A DNA stretch of 64,000 nt from the NCBI GenBank assembly GCA_951406725.2, contig OX597815.1, positions 181,970,001 to 182,034,000 on the forward strand. Reading direction: 5' to 3'. Within the stretch, counting starts at the first letter, position 1; the number at the start of each line of letters is the position of its first letter. The stretch is from Octopus vulgaris (Eukaryota). A model generated the notes under the pieces. That model had not been told where the DNA came from. It saw only the letters and a program-made list of their open reading frames with translations, and made no database searches. This document shows, in pieces, positions 53,614-64,000 of the stretch. The translations under genes and the position numbers were made by a program.

Positions 53614-54109
53614 ATAAACATAAGGTTGGTATTTTTTTGAAGCATTGAAATGTATTGAAGAATAAGTAAAAAGATAATTTGCTTTTTAATACCTAAATAC
53701 TGAACAGTATATATGAAAGATAAAACCCTTTTAAGGGCAGGAAAATTCGCCAGCAACCAGCCGTGAGGATTGAACTCCCACTCCTTAAAAGGATTTTATC
53801 CTTTATATATACTGTTCATTATTTACGTGTTGGTAAAAAGATTATCTCTCTACTTGTTCTACAATACATTTGAATGCTTCAAAAAAAAAAAAAAACAAAC
53901 AAACTTGTGTTTGTTTACGGATAACTTTATAACTTCTAAAATTGTGGAAGAATTCACCAGTCGGCAGTTTGGCTTAAAGGGTAGAGCACTCCAACGTGGC
54001 TGGTTGTTGGCAAAAATTTTTCTGCTCTTAAAACGATGATATCCTTTATATATATTGTTGAGTATTTACGTGTTTATTATTATTATTATTATTATTATAT
54101 CATTTAATC

Positions 54110-54230
54110 CAGGAAGACATGGGATGAAGTAATAAGAAAGGCTCTTCAGATGCTGGGCCTCACAGAGAAACTGACAAGGGACTGGGAGCTGTGGTGATTT
54201 GCTGCTCTTGAGAAGATGCATCAAACCAAG
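54110..54230 (+). mobile_element. RTE LINE 3'-terminal remnant
   Basis: RKTWDEVIRKALQMLGLTEKLTRD.ELW. Confidence 0.55.
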
Positions 54231-54847
54231 TAAAACCACTGTCGTCCATACATATAAGCTTGTCCTTTACAGATGTCAGTGCCACATAAAAAGCACCAGT
54301 TGCTGGTGGCACATAAAAGCACCCAACACACCCTGTTAAGTGGTTGGTGTTAGGAAAGGAATCTAGCCATAGAAACCATATGACAGTTGGAAATTGGACA
54401 GCTCCCCAGCTGGGCTGTTCCTGTCAAACCGTCCAGCCCATGCCAGCATGGAAAATAGATGTTAACCCTTTTGTTACCAACCTGCCAGAAACTGGTTCTG
54501 GCTCTGAGTACAAATGTTGTGTTTTCATAAGTTCTGAATTAAAATCTTCCCGGATTTCTGGCTTTGCATTTAGGAATGCTTTGCCTCATCAGTGGAATAT
54601 ACACAGAAAAAAAACATAAATACATATATATATATAAATACAACATACGAATACTTACATATACGAACATATACATACATATATATGCACATATGCATAA
54701 TGACTAGGTCAAAATGGCCGCCGCTTAATTCCATGTGTGATATGGTTAATACATCACCGCAGTAAATATAGTGATGAAATAAATTTAAATTTATATAAAT
54801 AAGGATAAGATCGTTAATTTAAAATAATTATGTTTCTTTCTGTGTAT

Positions 54848-54906
54848 ATTCCACTGACGAGGCAAAGCATTCCTAAATGCAAAACCAGAAATCCGGGATC
54901 TGGAAT
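54848..54906 (+). ncRNA. Type-I hammerhead motif with extended helix II
   Basis: AUUCCA-CUGACGA-GG..GCAUU-CCUA-AAUGC..CCA-GAAA-UCCGGGA-UC/UGGAAU; inverted partial copy at 54549-54620. Confidence 0.78.
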
Positions 54907-55048
54907 TATCCAGTAAATTTTTAACTAGTTTCATCTTGTCTCTTTGTCTTCTCTCCGTATTGCTATATGAACACTTATGGTGGTTTAATAGTCAGATCAT
55001 GGCTGCTATTTTCAGCATGGTGGTATCTCGTAGATACCTAATTTATAA

Positions 55049-55097
<49 letters not shown>

Positions 55098-55280
55098 TCA
55101 TCATTTCGCATCTGCTTTCTATGCTAGCATGGGTTGGACGGTTCAACTGGGGTCTGTGAAGCCAGAAGTCTGCATCAGGCCCAGTCTGATCTGGCAGTGT
55201 TTCTACGGTTGGATGCCCTTCCTAATGCCAACCACTCTGTGAGTGTAGTGGGTGCTTTTTACGTATATATATATATATAC

Positions 55281-55323
<43 letters not shown>

Positions 55324-55324
55324 C

Positions 55325-55360
<36 letters not shown>

Positions 55361-55642
55361 GTATATATATATATACACACATATATATATGTATATATAT
55401 ATACTTACATAATACATACATGTATATATATGTATATATATATACATACATACATATATATACACATATATATATATACATATATACATACATACATATA
55501 TATATATATGTGTGTGTGTGTGTATATATACTTACATAATACATGCATGTATATATATATACACATCACCATGATAGATCACTAGCCATTACGCATTCTT
55601 TGTTTTCTCTCCTTGTTTTTTTCTGTGTTCCTTTCTGTTTTA

Positions 55643-55678
55643 CTTTCTGTGGAAGAGCCTAGGCTCGAAATGTAAAAG
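55643..55678 (+). ncRNA. Hammerhead-like motif with variant core (CUGUGGA)
   Basis: CUUU-CUGUGGA-AGAGC-CUAG-GCUC-GAAA-UG-UA/AAAG inside a ~200-bp element flanked by (TA)n. Confidence 0.5.
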
Positions 55679-56274
55679 ACTTTCTCACTTCCCAAGCTTT
55701 AAACTAATACATCTGTTTGTTGTCTACACCACCTGTCCTTGCCTTTTGTTTTTCTGTGAATTCTCCCCATATATATATATATATGAACAGATATCAAGGA
55801 ACTAGTATACATAATTTACTTGAAACAATTCAATTTAGAAGAACTAATAACAATTTATTTGCCCAAAGCATTTGACTTGACTTCGTTTCGGCTAGAAATT
55901 TATTCAAATTATCTTGGTTCTAGAAAGTAAAAAGTTTTTAAAATATTAAGTAGAGTTAAAACTAGATTTAGCAATATACAACAAAGCCGATCATTTTGAT
56001 AACTTCTGGGCACTGCTTCCTATTATTAATTTTATTATTTGAATTGGGTCATGGATCTCATTATACAGTGTATGGTAGGTTGTTTCTGCCTCTTTACAAT
56101 TTAATTTGTGCAGATTACAAAAGGTCCAGTGAAATATTATCAAACACTGATTAATCCCATTGTTGAAAATCTAATATAAACCTTTATCGCTTTAGATAAT
56201 AACATGTTAGCTTCTTGAAAGAATATTGATTTAGAAACTTGATTTTATAGCTTTGTTTTATGTATTTATGTATG

Positions 56275-56334
<60 letters not shown>

Positions 56335-56387
56335 TGTGTGTGTGTGCATGTATACATATGTATATTACATGTATAACTATATATGTA

Positions 56388-56438
<51 letters not shown>

Positions 56439-56511
56439 ATATATATGTATGTATGTATATATATATATATGTATGTATGTATATATGTGTATATATATAT
56501 ATACACACATG

Positions 56512-56542
<31 letters not shown>

Positions 56543-57137
56543 ACACATACACATATATATACAAACATGCATCCACGCATATATTTATTTATTTATATAT
56601 ACATACATTACTCACACACATATATATATACAAACATATACATACATTACACATACACACATATATAGATATAAATGTACATAAATACACACACACATAT
56701 ATATGTAGATACATATATGCATATATACACACATACACACATACATACATATAAGATATATTCCAAAAGTTTGCAGACTTTTTCAGGAGAGACATTTAAT
56801 TTCAAAGAAGTACAAATCTCTAATTTCTGTCAAAGTAGGATCCTCTAACTTTGGTGCACCTGGAATCCTTCCAAATAAAGGTACCTGGCACCCCTTGTGA
56901 CAGCCTCCTTGACTTTCAAAACAACTGACCCTGAAGTTCTCCAGCATGGGAAACAACCATAAGTCACAAAGGGCATGGTCTGGGTTCTAAGGAGGCTGGG
57001 GAATAGTTTTGCTTTGCATCTCTGTGAAGTGGTTAGTTAGCAGGGTCCTGAGTAATGAGCACCCTAAGAACAATCGCTGCACAAATTTTGCACATGTTCA
57101 GATCTATATGAATAATTCTATAAACTGTATGCTTATT

Positions 57138-57298
57138 TACATTATTTACATTTTATTTACATCTTGTTTGTTGTTAACACAACATTTCAGCAGATATACC
57201 CTCCAGCCTTCATCAGCTGTCTTGGGGAAATTTTGAACCTCGGTTCTCATTCCTGAGATATTTTTTCGATGTTATTATTATTCGATTCCAGGGAGTGA

Positions 57299-57355
<57 letters not shown>

Positions 57356-57743
57356 TAATAACATCGAAAAATACCTTAGGAATGAGAACCCAGATTCGAA
57401 ATTTCCCCAAGGCACCTGATGAAGGCTGGAGAGTATATCAGCCGAAACGTTGTGTTAACAACAAACAAGATGAGGACAAATATCTGTCAAATGTAAATAA
57501 TGTACCCGCTCATCTGGCCTGTGTGCCGGTGGCATGTAAAAAGCACCCACTTCACTCCCAGAGTGGTTCATGTTGGGAAGGGCATCCGGCTGTAGAAACA
57601 CTGATAGATCAGATTGGAGCCTGGTGCAGCCTCCTGGTTTCCCAGACCCCAGTCGAACCGTTCAACCCTTGCCAGCATGGAAAACGGACGTTAAACGATG
57701 ATGATGATGATGATGAATTCCTCGTCTCTTAAATACAGAACTG
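57138..57743. mobile_element. Head-to-head dimer of the tRNA-headed hammerhead element with 12-bp TSD; family B SINE nested at 57506-57716
   Basis: TGTATGCTTATT at 57126-57137 and 57744-57755. Confidence 0.8.
57411..57456 (+). ncRNA. Best-preserved hammerhead motif of the tRNA-headed family
   Basis: GGCAC-CUGAUGA-AGGCUG..CAGCC-GAAA-CGUU/GUGUU; palindromic AACGUU helix III. Confidence 0.8.
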
Positions 57744-58759
57744 TGTATGCTTATTGTCTTTATAGATGCACAACACTCTTCATCCAGAAAATTGCAGTTT
57801 CTCAACCAGTTCTGATTTTCTAACTCCTCTCTCCTCCCCCACACCTCTCATCATCTCTCACTGCCCCTCTAATATCCTTGAATCTTTTGAGCCAATGGAA
57901 AAGTTAATCCATAAGCAGTTTGGATCATTTCAAAAGTTTCTCTAGCATTTTTGCCCACTTCAGCACAAAACATTATAGCATAGTGATATTCCAAACATCC
58001 TGACTTCCTTCTGCAAACTAACCAGCTCTAACAAGCAGTGTTTAGTAGTGTGATGTGTTCAAAGTACTTTTACAGCCATGCCCTTCCCTCCAGAGTGACA
58101 GAAGTTGACAGGTCAGATTATTAGATGTCCAGTAATGATATGCTGAAAGTATGATAATCTAGAACTGTTATGACTGCCTCACCTAAAGTCTCAAAACTTC
58201 TAGAATGCACCATGTGTGTGTGTGTGTATGTGTGTGTGTGTAAGAATTTTAATACAAGAATGACCAAGACCTTTGGCATTATGCCATGCTCGAGAAGAAC
58301 ACCTATCAAACCAAGAAAAATCGCAGTCGTGGCAGATACCAGTGTAACACAAATGGCACCCATGCCAGTGGCACATAAAAGCACCCGTTACACTCTCAGA
58401 GGGATTGGCGTTAGGAAAGGCATCCAGCCACAGAAACCATGCCAAAACAGACTGGATCCTGGTACAGCCTTCTAGCTTACCATCCCTGGTCAAACCAGCC
58501 AACTCATGCCAGCATGGACAACAGATGTTAGATGATGATGATGATGATGATGATGATGAATATGGAATGAACAGGCTTTATTACAAACACTACAATTGTT
58601 TCTGCACACTATTATCAGCTGGTAATTGCTAAATGTTACATACATTATACACGTTATTGCTTTAATATAAACCAAAAATAGCTGCATACTTGCACATCTG
58701 CATGTGAGTAGGGTCCAAAGCACTTCTAAATCATCTTTATATACATATATATATATATA

Positions 58760-60570
58760 GTGAGTTGAGTATAGAAATTCGGGGTGAGTACTTGATAATT
58801 ATAAGCACCTGTGTATACCGTTTGGTGGTATAGGTGGTGGAGTAAATTGATCAAAATAAAAATAAAAACATGAGGCGAAGGATTCAGCGGTACATATGTT
58901 TCGGGCCTTTATTAGACAGATTTATAACAAAGCATAATGTATGTCTGTGGCCTTCTTCAGCCGCGCACAACAGCTTCCACAAGGACATGTGTTACATCAA
59001 AAATTCTTGGTTGGGGATGCAAATCCTCTCGTTCCCGTACGACATAATGCGGCAGCAGCATAGAATTGAATCGTCCATCTCTTTCTTCTCTCAATGTAGA
59101 ATGAGGAAACTTGGATGTTGAGGTAATGTAAATAAATAAATACGTATATAGAGGTGAAGATGGAGGGGCGAGAGCTCGGGACGAGGGATAAAAAATATAT
59201 ATAAAAAATGTAAGTATAGAATAATATAAAAATGTAGAGGATAAAGATATAAAGGGTTTTAATGAGATGTAAAGGGGGTATAAAGAGATATAAATAAATA
59301 TAAATAAATGTAAAGGCATAAGGTTGTAAAGTAAAAATAGAAATGGAAATAATAGTAAAAGAAGTAAAAGAACCTGATAAAAACATGATAAGAGTGTAAA
59401 AGAATGTAAAGATAAGGGAAGTATAGAGGTCACGGACCAAGCATGGTGGTCAGGAGATTGATAAAACTTAGTTGTAGAACTGTCAGTAAATCAACAGTTT
59501 CGTTGTAAATCAGAGCTGATGAGAGTTTAATCTGGTTCCTTGAATTAAATGGACTTCTAGTACATACATATCATCATGGATACATACACCCACATACACG
59601 CGTACATTCACGTCTCCAAGCCTCTAAGCATACACACGCACGCGCGTGTAAACACGTACATAAACACACACGCACCCACACGCACGCGCGCACACACACA
59701 TACATACAACAGAATATCCGCATATATAGACGGACATTACGCGCGTACACGCTCCCATGTATATACGCGCGCCCCTCACTACATACACACACGTATATGC
59801 CCACGCCTCTAGGTCTAGGTATAAGATATTAAAGGATGTGTATAAGAACGTATGTAAAGAATCCCGTACTCATGTTAATACGCGCACGCACACACGGCTG
59901 TGTGTCCGTATGTGCGTGCACATATACACCCATATACACACACAGAGACACACGCGCACATGGGTATAGCCATAAGATATCGTAGTATGCATGTACATAT
60001 ACGGGCGTGCATATGTATGTATGCATATACACACGTACGCGGACGCTCGCATACTCAAAAGGTGGATCCATAGGTAAGTAAATAAACATATATAGAGGTG
60101 TAAAGCGATAAATTAGGGGTAAGAATGAGGGTAAGGGTAAAGATTAGAAATAAAAAATACAGTATAAAATAAGAAATACAATGTAATAGTTAGAAATGAA
60201 ATATAAGAATTGTAAGGGTTATAAGAGTTAAGGTAAGGGATGAAAATGAAAATGAGAATAAATGGGAGTAGAATAAAAGTAAAAATAAAAATAAAAATAA
60301 AAATAAAATAAAATAAGATAAAATAAAAAAATAAGGTAAAAATATAATTTTGTAAAGTTTAACATGAGATGGAGGTGGCACACATATATATATATATGTA
60401 TATGTACACATACGTACACGTATGTGCACATACATACGCACACACACACACACCCGCACATACACACGCACATATAGGAAAGCGGGATGTGCTGGAGCCG
60501 ACAGGTTGCACCGGGTGGGAGGAGGAATTCAGCTGCTAATTTTAGCCATCTGAGGATCCCATTGTTAGAG
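58760..60570 (-). mobile_element. Probable PLE-derived non-coding element (long pLTR-like region), CpG-rich
   Basis: Hammerhead at 58887-58964; (TA)n at left flank; retained CGCG dinucleotides; right boundary uncertain. Confidence 0.5.
58887..58964 (-). ncRNA. Type-I hammerhead motif with long helix II insert
   Basis: GCGG-CUGAAGA-AGGCC..(~40 nt)..GGCCC-GAAA-CAUAUG-UA/CCGC; palindromic ACAUAUGU. Confidence 0.8.
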
Positions 60571-60694
60571 TAAGGAATTTACTGTATCAATTATCTTGTT
60601 ATAATAAAACATTTTATATAGTTATCAGCTGGCTGATGATATTTCAAGTGTTATAATACCAATTAGGAGACAATATTATCAATCAAAATTTCAT

Positions 60695-61203
60695 TACATT
60701 CTGAGTTTAAATTCTGCTGATATTGACTTTGCTTTTCATCATTTTGGGATCGATAAATTAAGTACCAGTTGCATACTGGGATCGATCTAATCGACTAGCC
60801 ACCTCCCAAAAAATTTCAGGCCATATGCTTAGAGTAGAAAAGAATATTACGAATCAAAATTTCATCTATCTTAACATTCTGAGTTCAAATTCTGCTGAGG
60901 TTAGCTTTGCTTTTCATCCTTTCGGGGTCAATAAATTAAGTACCAGTTGCATACTGGGATCGATCTAATCGACTAGCCACCTCACCAAAAATTTCAGGCC
61001 TTATGCTTAGAGCAGAAAAGAATATTACGAATCAAAATTTCATCTATCTTAACATTCTGAGTTCAAATTCTGCTAAGGTTAACTTTGCTTTTCATCCTTT
61101 CGGGGTCGATAAATTAAGTACTAATTGGGTACTGGGGTCGATCTAATCAATCGCCCTCCCTACCCCAAAATTTTGGGCCTTGTGTCTAGAGTAGAAAAGA
61201 ATA
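60695..61203 (+). mobile_element. SINE family C variant, tandem trimer (~180-bp unit)
   Basis: Three bodies with a shared spacer. Confidence 0.85.
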
Positions 61204-61654
61204 TCATGAATCAAAGTTGCTTGGTGTTGTGGTTACTTATCTCACAGAACAAAACTGGACAACAAAGCTATTACGAACTGTTACGTTGACATTTCCAGTT
61301 AGATTTTTTGTTTCTACTTAGGGGTCACTTAGTTTAACAGTACAGACCATTCAACTACAATTATCGAGGTACAGAGTTTGGTTCTTTGCAGCAGCTTGCT
61401 GCCCACTTTCCAAAGTGCAGCCATGGCTGTGTGGTAAGCAAGTTGCTTCCTGACCACATGGTTCTAGGTTCATTCCCATTGCATGGCACCTTGGGCAAGT
61501 GTCATTTACTATAGCCTTGGGCCGACCAAAGCCTTGTGAGTGGATTTGGTAGATGGAAACTGAAAGAAGCCCATCGAATATAGGTATATCTATGTATGTG
61601 TGTCTGTGTGTGTGTTTGTCCCCTACTACCACTTGACAACTGGTATTGGTTTTT

Positions 61655-61887
61655 CTTTCATTCTTTTACTTGTTTCACTCATTTGACTATGGCCATGCTG
61701 GAGCACCGCCTTTAGTTGAGCAAATCAACCCCAGGTGTTATTCTTTGTAAGCCTAGTACTTATTCTATCGGTCTCTTTTGCAGAACCACTATGTTGCGAG
61801 GACGTAAACCCACCAGCATCGATTGTCAAGCGATGTTAGGAGACAAACACAGACACACAAAATCTCCAGACACACAAACAAATACAC

Positions 61888-61940
<53 letters not shown>

Positions 61941-62101
61941 ATGGGCTTCTTTCAGTTTCCATCTATCAAATCCACTCACAAGGCTTTGGTCAGCCTGAGG
62001 CTATAGTAGAAGACACTTGCCCAAGGTGCCATGCTGTGAGACTGAACCCGGAACTTTTTGGTTGGTGAGCAAGCAACTTACCACACAGTCACTCCTACAC
62101 C
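61655..62101 (-). mobile_element. SINE family A, near full length, nested in another family A copy
   Basis: Host copy 61416-61650 resumes at ~62105-62260. Confidence 0.85.
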
Positions 62102-62475
62102 TCTCCATAACTTAGCAGTTCAGCAAAAGCGACCAATAGAACAAGTACCAGGCTTACAAAGATAAGGACTGGAGGAAAATCATTAGAGTAAAATTCTTGA
62201 AAGTGGTGCCACAACATAGCCGTAGTCTAATGACTGCAACAAGTAAAAGTTAAAAAGAAAAGATGATCAAGAAATAATGATCACCCCTAATTCTTCACTT
62301 AATTGTATTTGTATTTAATAATGTTGATTACAGTCTTATTGGGTCGCATTCGTTAGAACTGATTCTAATCACATCTAATAGAATACTTAGATCATTCAGT
62401 TGAAAACGAAGTATTTACCATCAGAGCAAATTATCAACAATAACAGACATAGGCAGGGCTGTAGGCTTCACAACT

Positions 62476-62516
62476 CCAAACTGATGATGAGCAATGACTC
62501 CGAAACTAGTCTTTGG
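62476..62516 (+). ncRNA. Minimal type-I hammerhead motif with intact core
   Basis: CCAAA-CUGAUGA-UGAG-CAAUGA-CUCC-GAAA-CUAG-UC/UUUGG; palindromic ACUAGU. Confidence 0.85.
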
Positions 62517-62792
62517 CTTTGCTGGGTGGAGGTGTTTATCTCCACTTTGAAAAGATAAGGATACAGGAAATGGTGTTTCCTAGAGCTAAATAGCAGTAGC
62601 ATTCTTCCCTTTTATTGGACTATCACATTAAGTTGACAACCTGCTATCACTTTATCGTGCTGATACTGTATTAATCTCTCTGAGAGATTTAGAAATATAT
62701 TATTTTTATTTTCAAAACAATCAGTGAATGTATTTCACTTAAAATATGTTTTCAAAGGCAGATAGGCATCGACAGCTAGCAAGCCATGCTAC

Positions 62793-62835
62793 TCCAGACT
62801 GATGATGAGCAAAGAATCTGAAACTAGCCTCTGGA
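62793..62835 (+). ncRNA. Tandem hammerhead copy (318 nt downstream), U16.1 changed to C
   Basis: UCCAGA-CUGAUGA..GAAA-CUAG-CC/UCUGGA. Confidence 0.7.
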
Positions 62836-63339
62836 TGCTGGCTTTGCTGTGTGGAGGTGCTTATCTCCCCTTTGAAAAACTTAAAGACACAGGAAATGTG
62901 TCAAGTCCAACAGGAAACGGTGTTTCCTAGGGCTAAATATCAGTAGTATTCTTCCATTGCATGGGACTGTCACATTAAGTTGACAACATACCATCACTTT
63001 CTCCATCAACATTGTTCCAGATTTGATCCAACTGCATGGCACTTTGCGTTTGTCACTTCTACTATGACCCTTGAGATGACTAATGCCTCATTAGTGGAAT
63101 TTGGTTGATGGAAACTATGGCAGGGGCTCATCGTTGTCATCATCATCATCATCACCATTCAAGGTCTGTTTTCCACGTTGGCATGAGTTGGTAAGTTTGA
63201 CCGGAGCTGGCCAGCTGAAGAGCTGCTCAGGTTCCAGTTGTCTCTTGTGGCATGGTTTCTACAGCTGGATGCCCTTCCTAATGCCAACCACTTCAGAGAG
63301 TGTATTGGGTGCATTTTATGCAGGCCTGGCACCAGCATG

Positions 63340-63637
63340 GGTGATCTTATATGGTGGTGTGGCCATGTGTTAAGGTGGGATGAAGAGCATGTTCTGAGGA
63401 GGGTGATTGTATTTGAGGTAAATGGAGCGCAGAAGCAAGGTAGACTGAGGAAAAGTTGGAAGGGACAGGTGAAGGAGGAAATTGGGAGGGTCGGTTTGAA
63501 AAAGGAGGACTTCCAAAACCGGGCAAGATGGTGTGATGGTGTGTGGGTGGTTGCTATGGCACTGAGGTAGATCCGATCAGCCCCGTTAACAGGGGCAAAA
63601 CCCAGAGTTAAAACACTGGATGACGATGATGATGACT
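63340..63637 (+). mobile_element. RTE LINE 3' end with (GAT)n tail, inserted in a family B SINE
   Basis: WCGHVLRWDEEHVLRRV...GRLRKSWKGQV...NRARW. Confidence 0.8.
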
Positions 63638-64000
63638 GACACAAGCACTTTTATGTGGAACTGGCATATCAGAAGATGAGCTTGGGAATTGGTATGACTG
63701 CATAGAAGACAGTAAATTCTAGCAAAGGCACCCTAAGAACACTTGATTACATTAAGCAGGGTGTTTGATTAACTCTTCAGCATTTAGATGGTTCCATTAA
63801 ATTTAATATTTATTTATTTACATTGTTTTGAATTAATCATGCATTACCTTGTAACTTTGAGATTTTTTATGATATGATTATTTTTACGCTGACGTTGTTG
63901 AGTAAGTGTGAAAAGTTGGATCTGGCTGATCTTAACATAGAACAAGTGGAATATATAAGCCAGATATGGCTAGTTTAAATACTGAACAATTAAGTCAACT

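Larger units (their letters stand above)
56753..58212 (-). mobile_element. Old mariner relic split by nested insertions
   Basis: Minus-strand PQPP*NPDHALCDLWLFP; degenerate TIRs ATTCCAAAAGTTTGCAGACT / AGTCTCAAAACTTCTAGAAT. Confidence 0.6.

Overview
AT-rich, microsatellite-dense eukaryotic DNA with the repeat repertoire typical of an octopus (coleoid cephalopod) genome; the species assignment is inferred. Most of the window is interspersed repeats: several tRNA-derived SINE families, 5'-truncated CR1/L2-group and RTE LINEs, an R4/Dong-type RLE non-LTR element inside a (CATA)n tract, mariner, Tigger, hAT and TTAA-MITE relics, and a 2.5-kb minisatellite that flips orientation three times. Most ORFs in the track are microsatellite or SINE artefacts. 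The most notable hidden signal is about 18 minimal type-I hammerhead-ribozyme motifs (CUGAnGA...GAAA...UH) from at least 7 unrelated short repeat families. These show Penelope-like (PLE) or retrozyme-like tandem and inverted architecture. One family fuses a tRNA-like Pol III head to a hammerhead and inserts as head-to-head dimers. A phase-consistent chain of small minus-strand exons (about 50.0 to 7.5 kb) may be a host gene with weak H-NOX/HNOBA resemblance, but this was assembled by eye and is low confidence.
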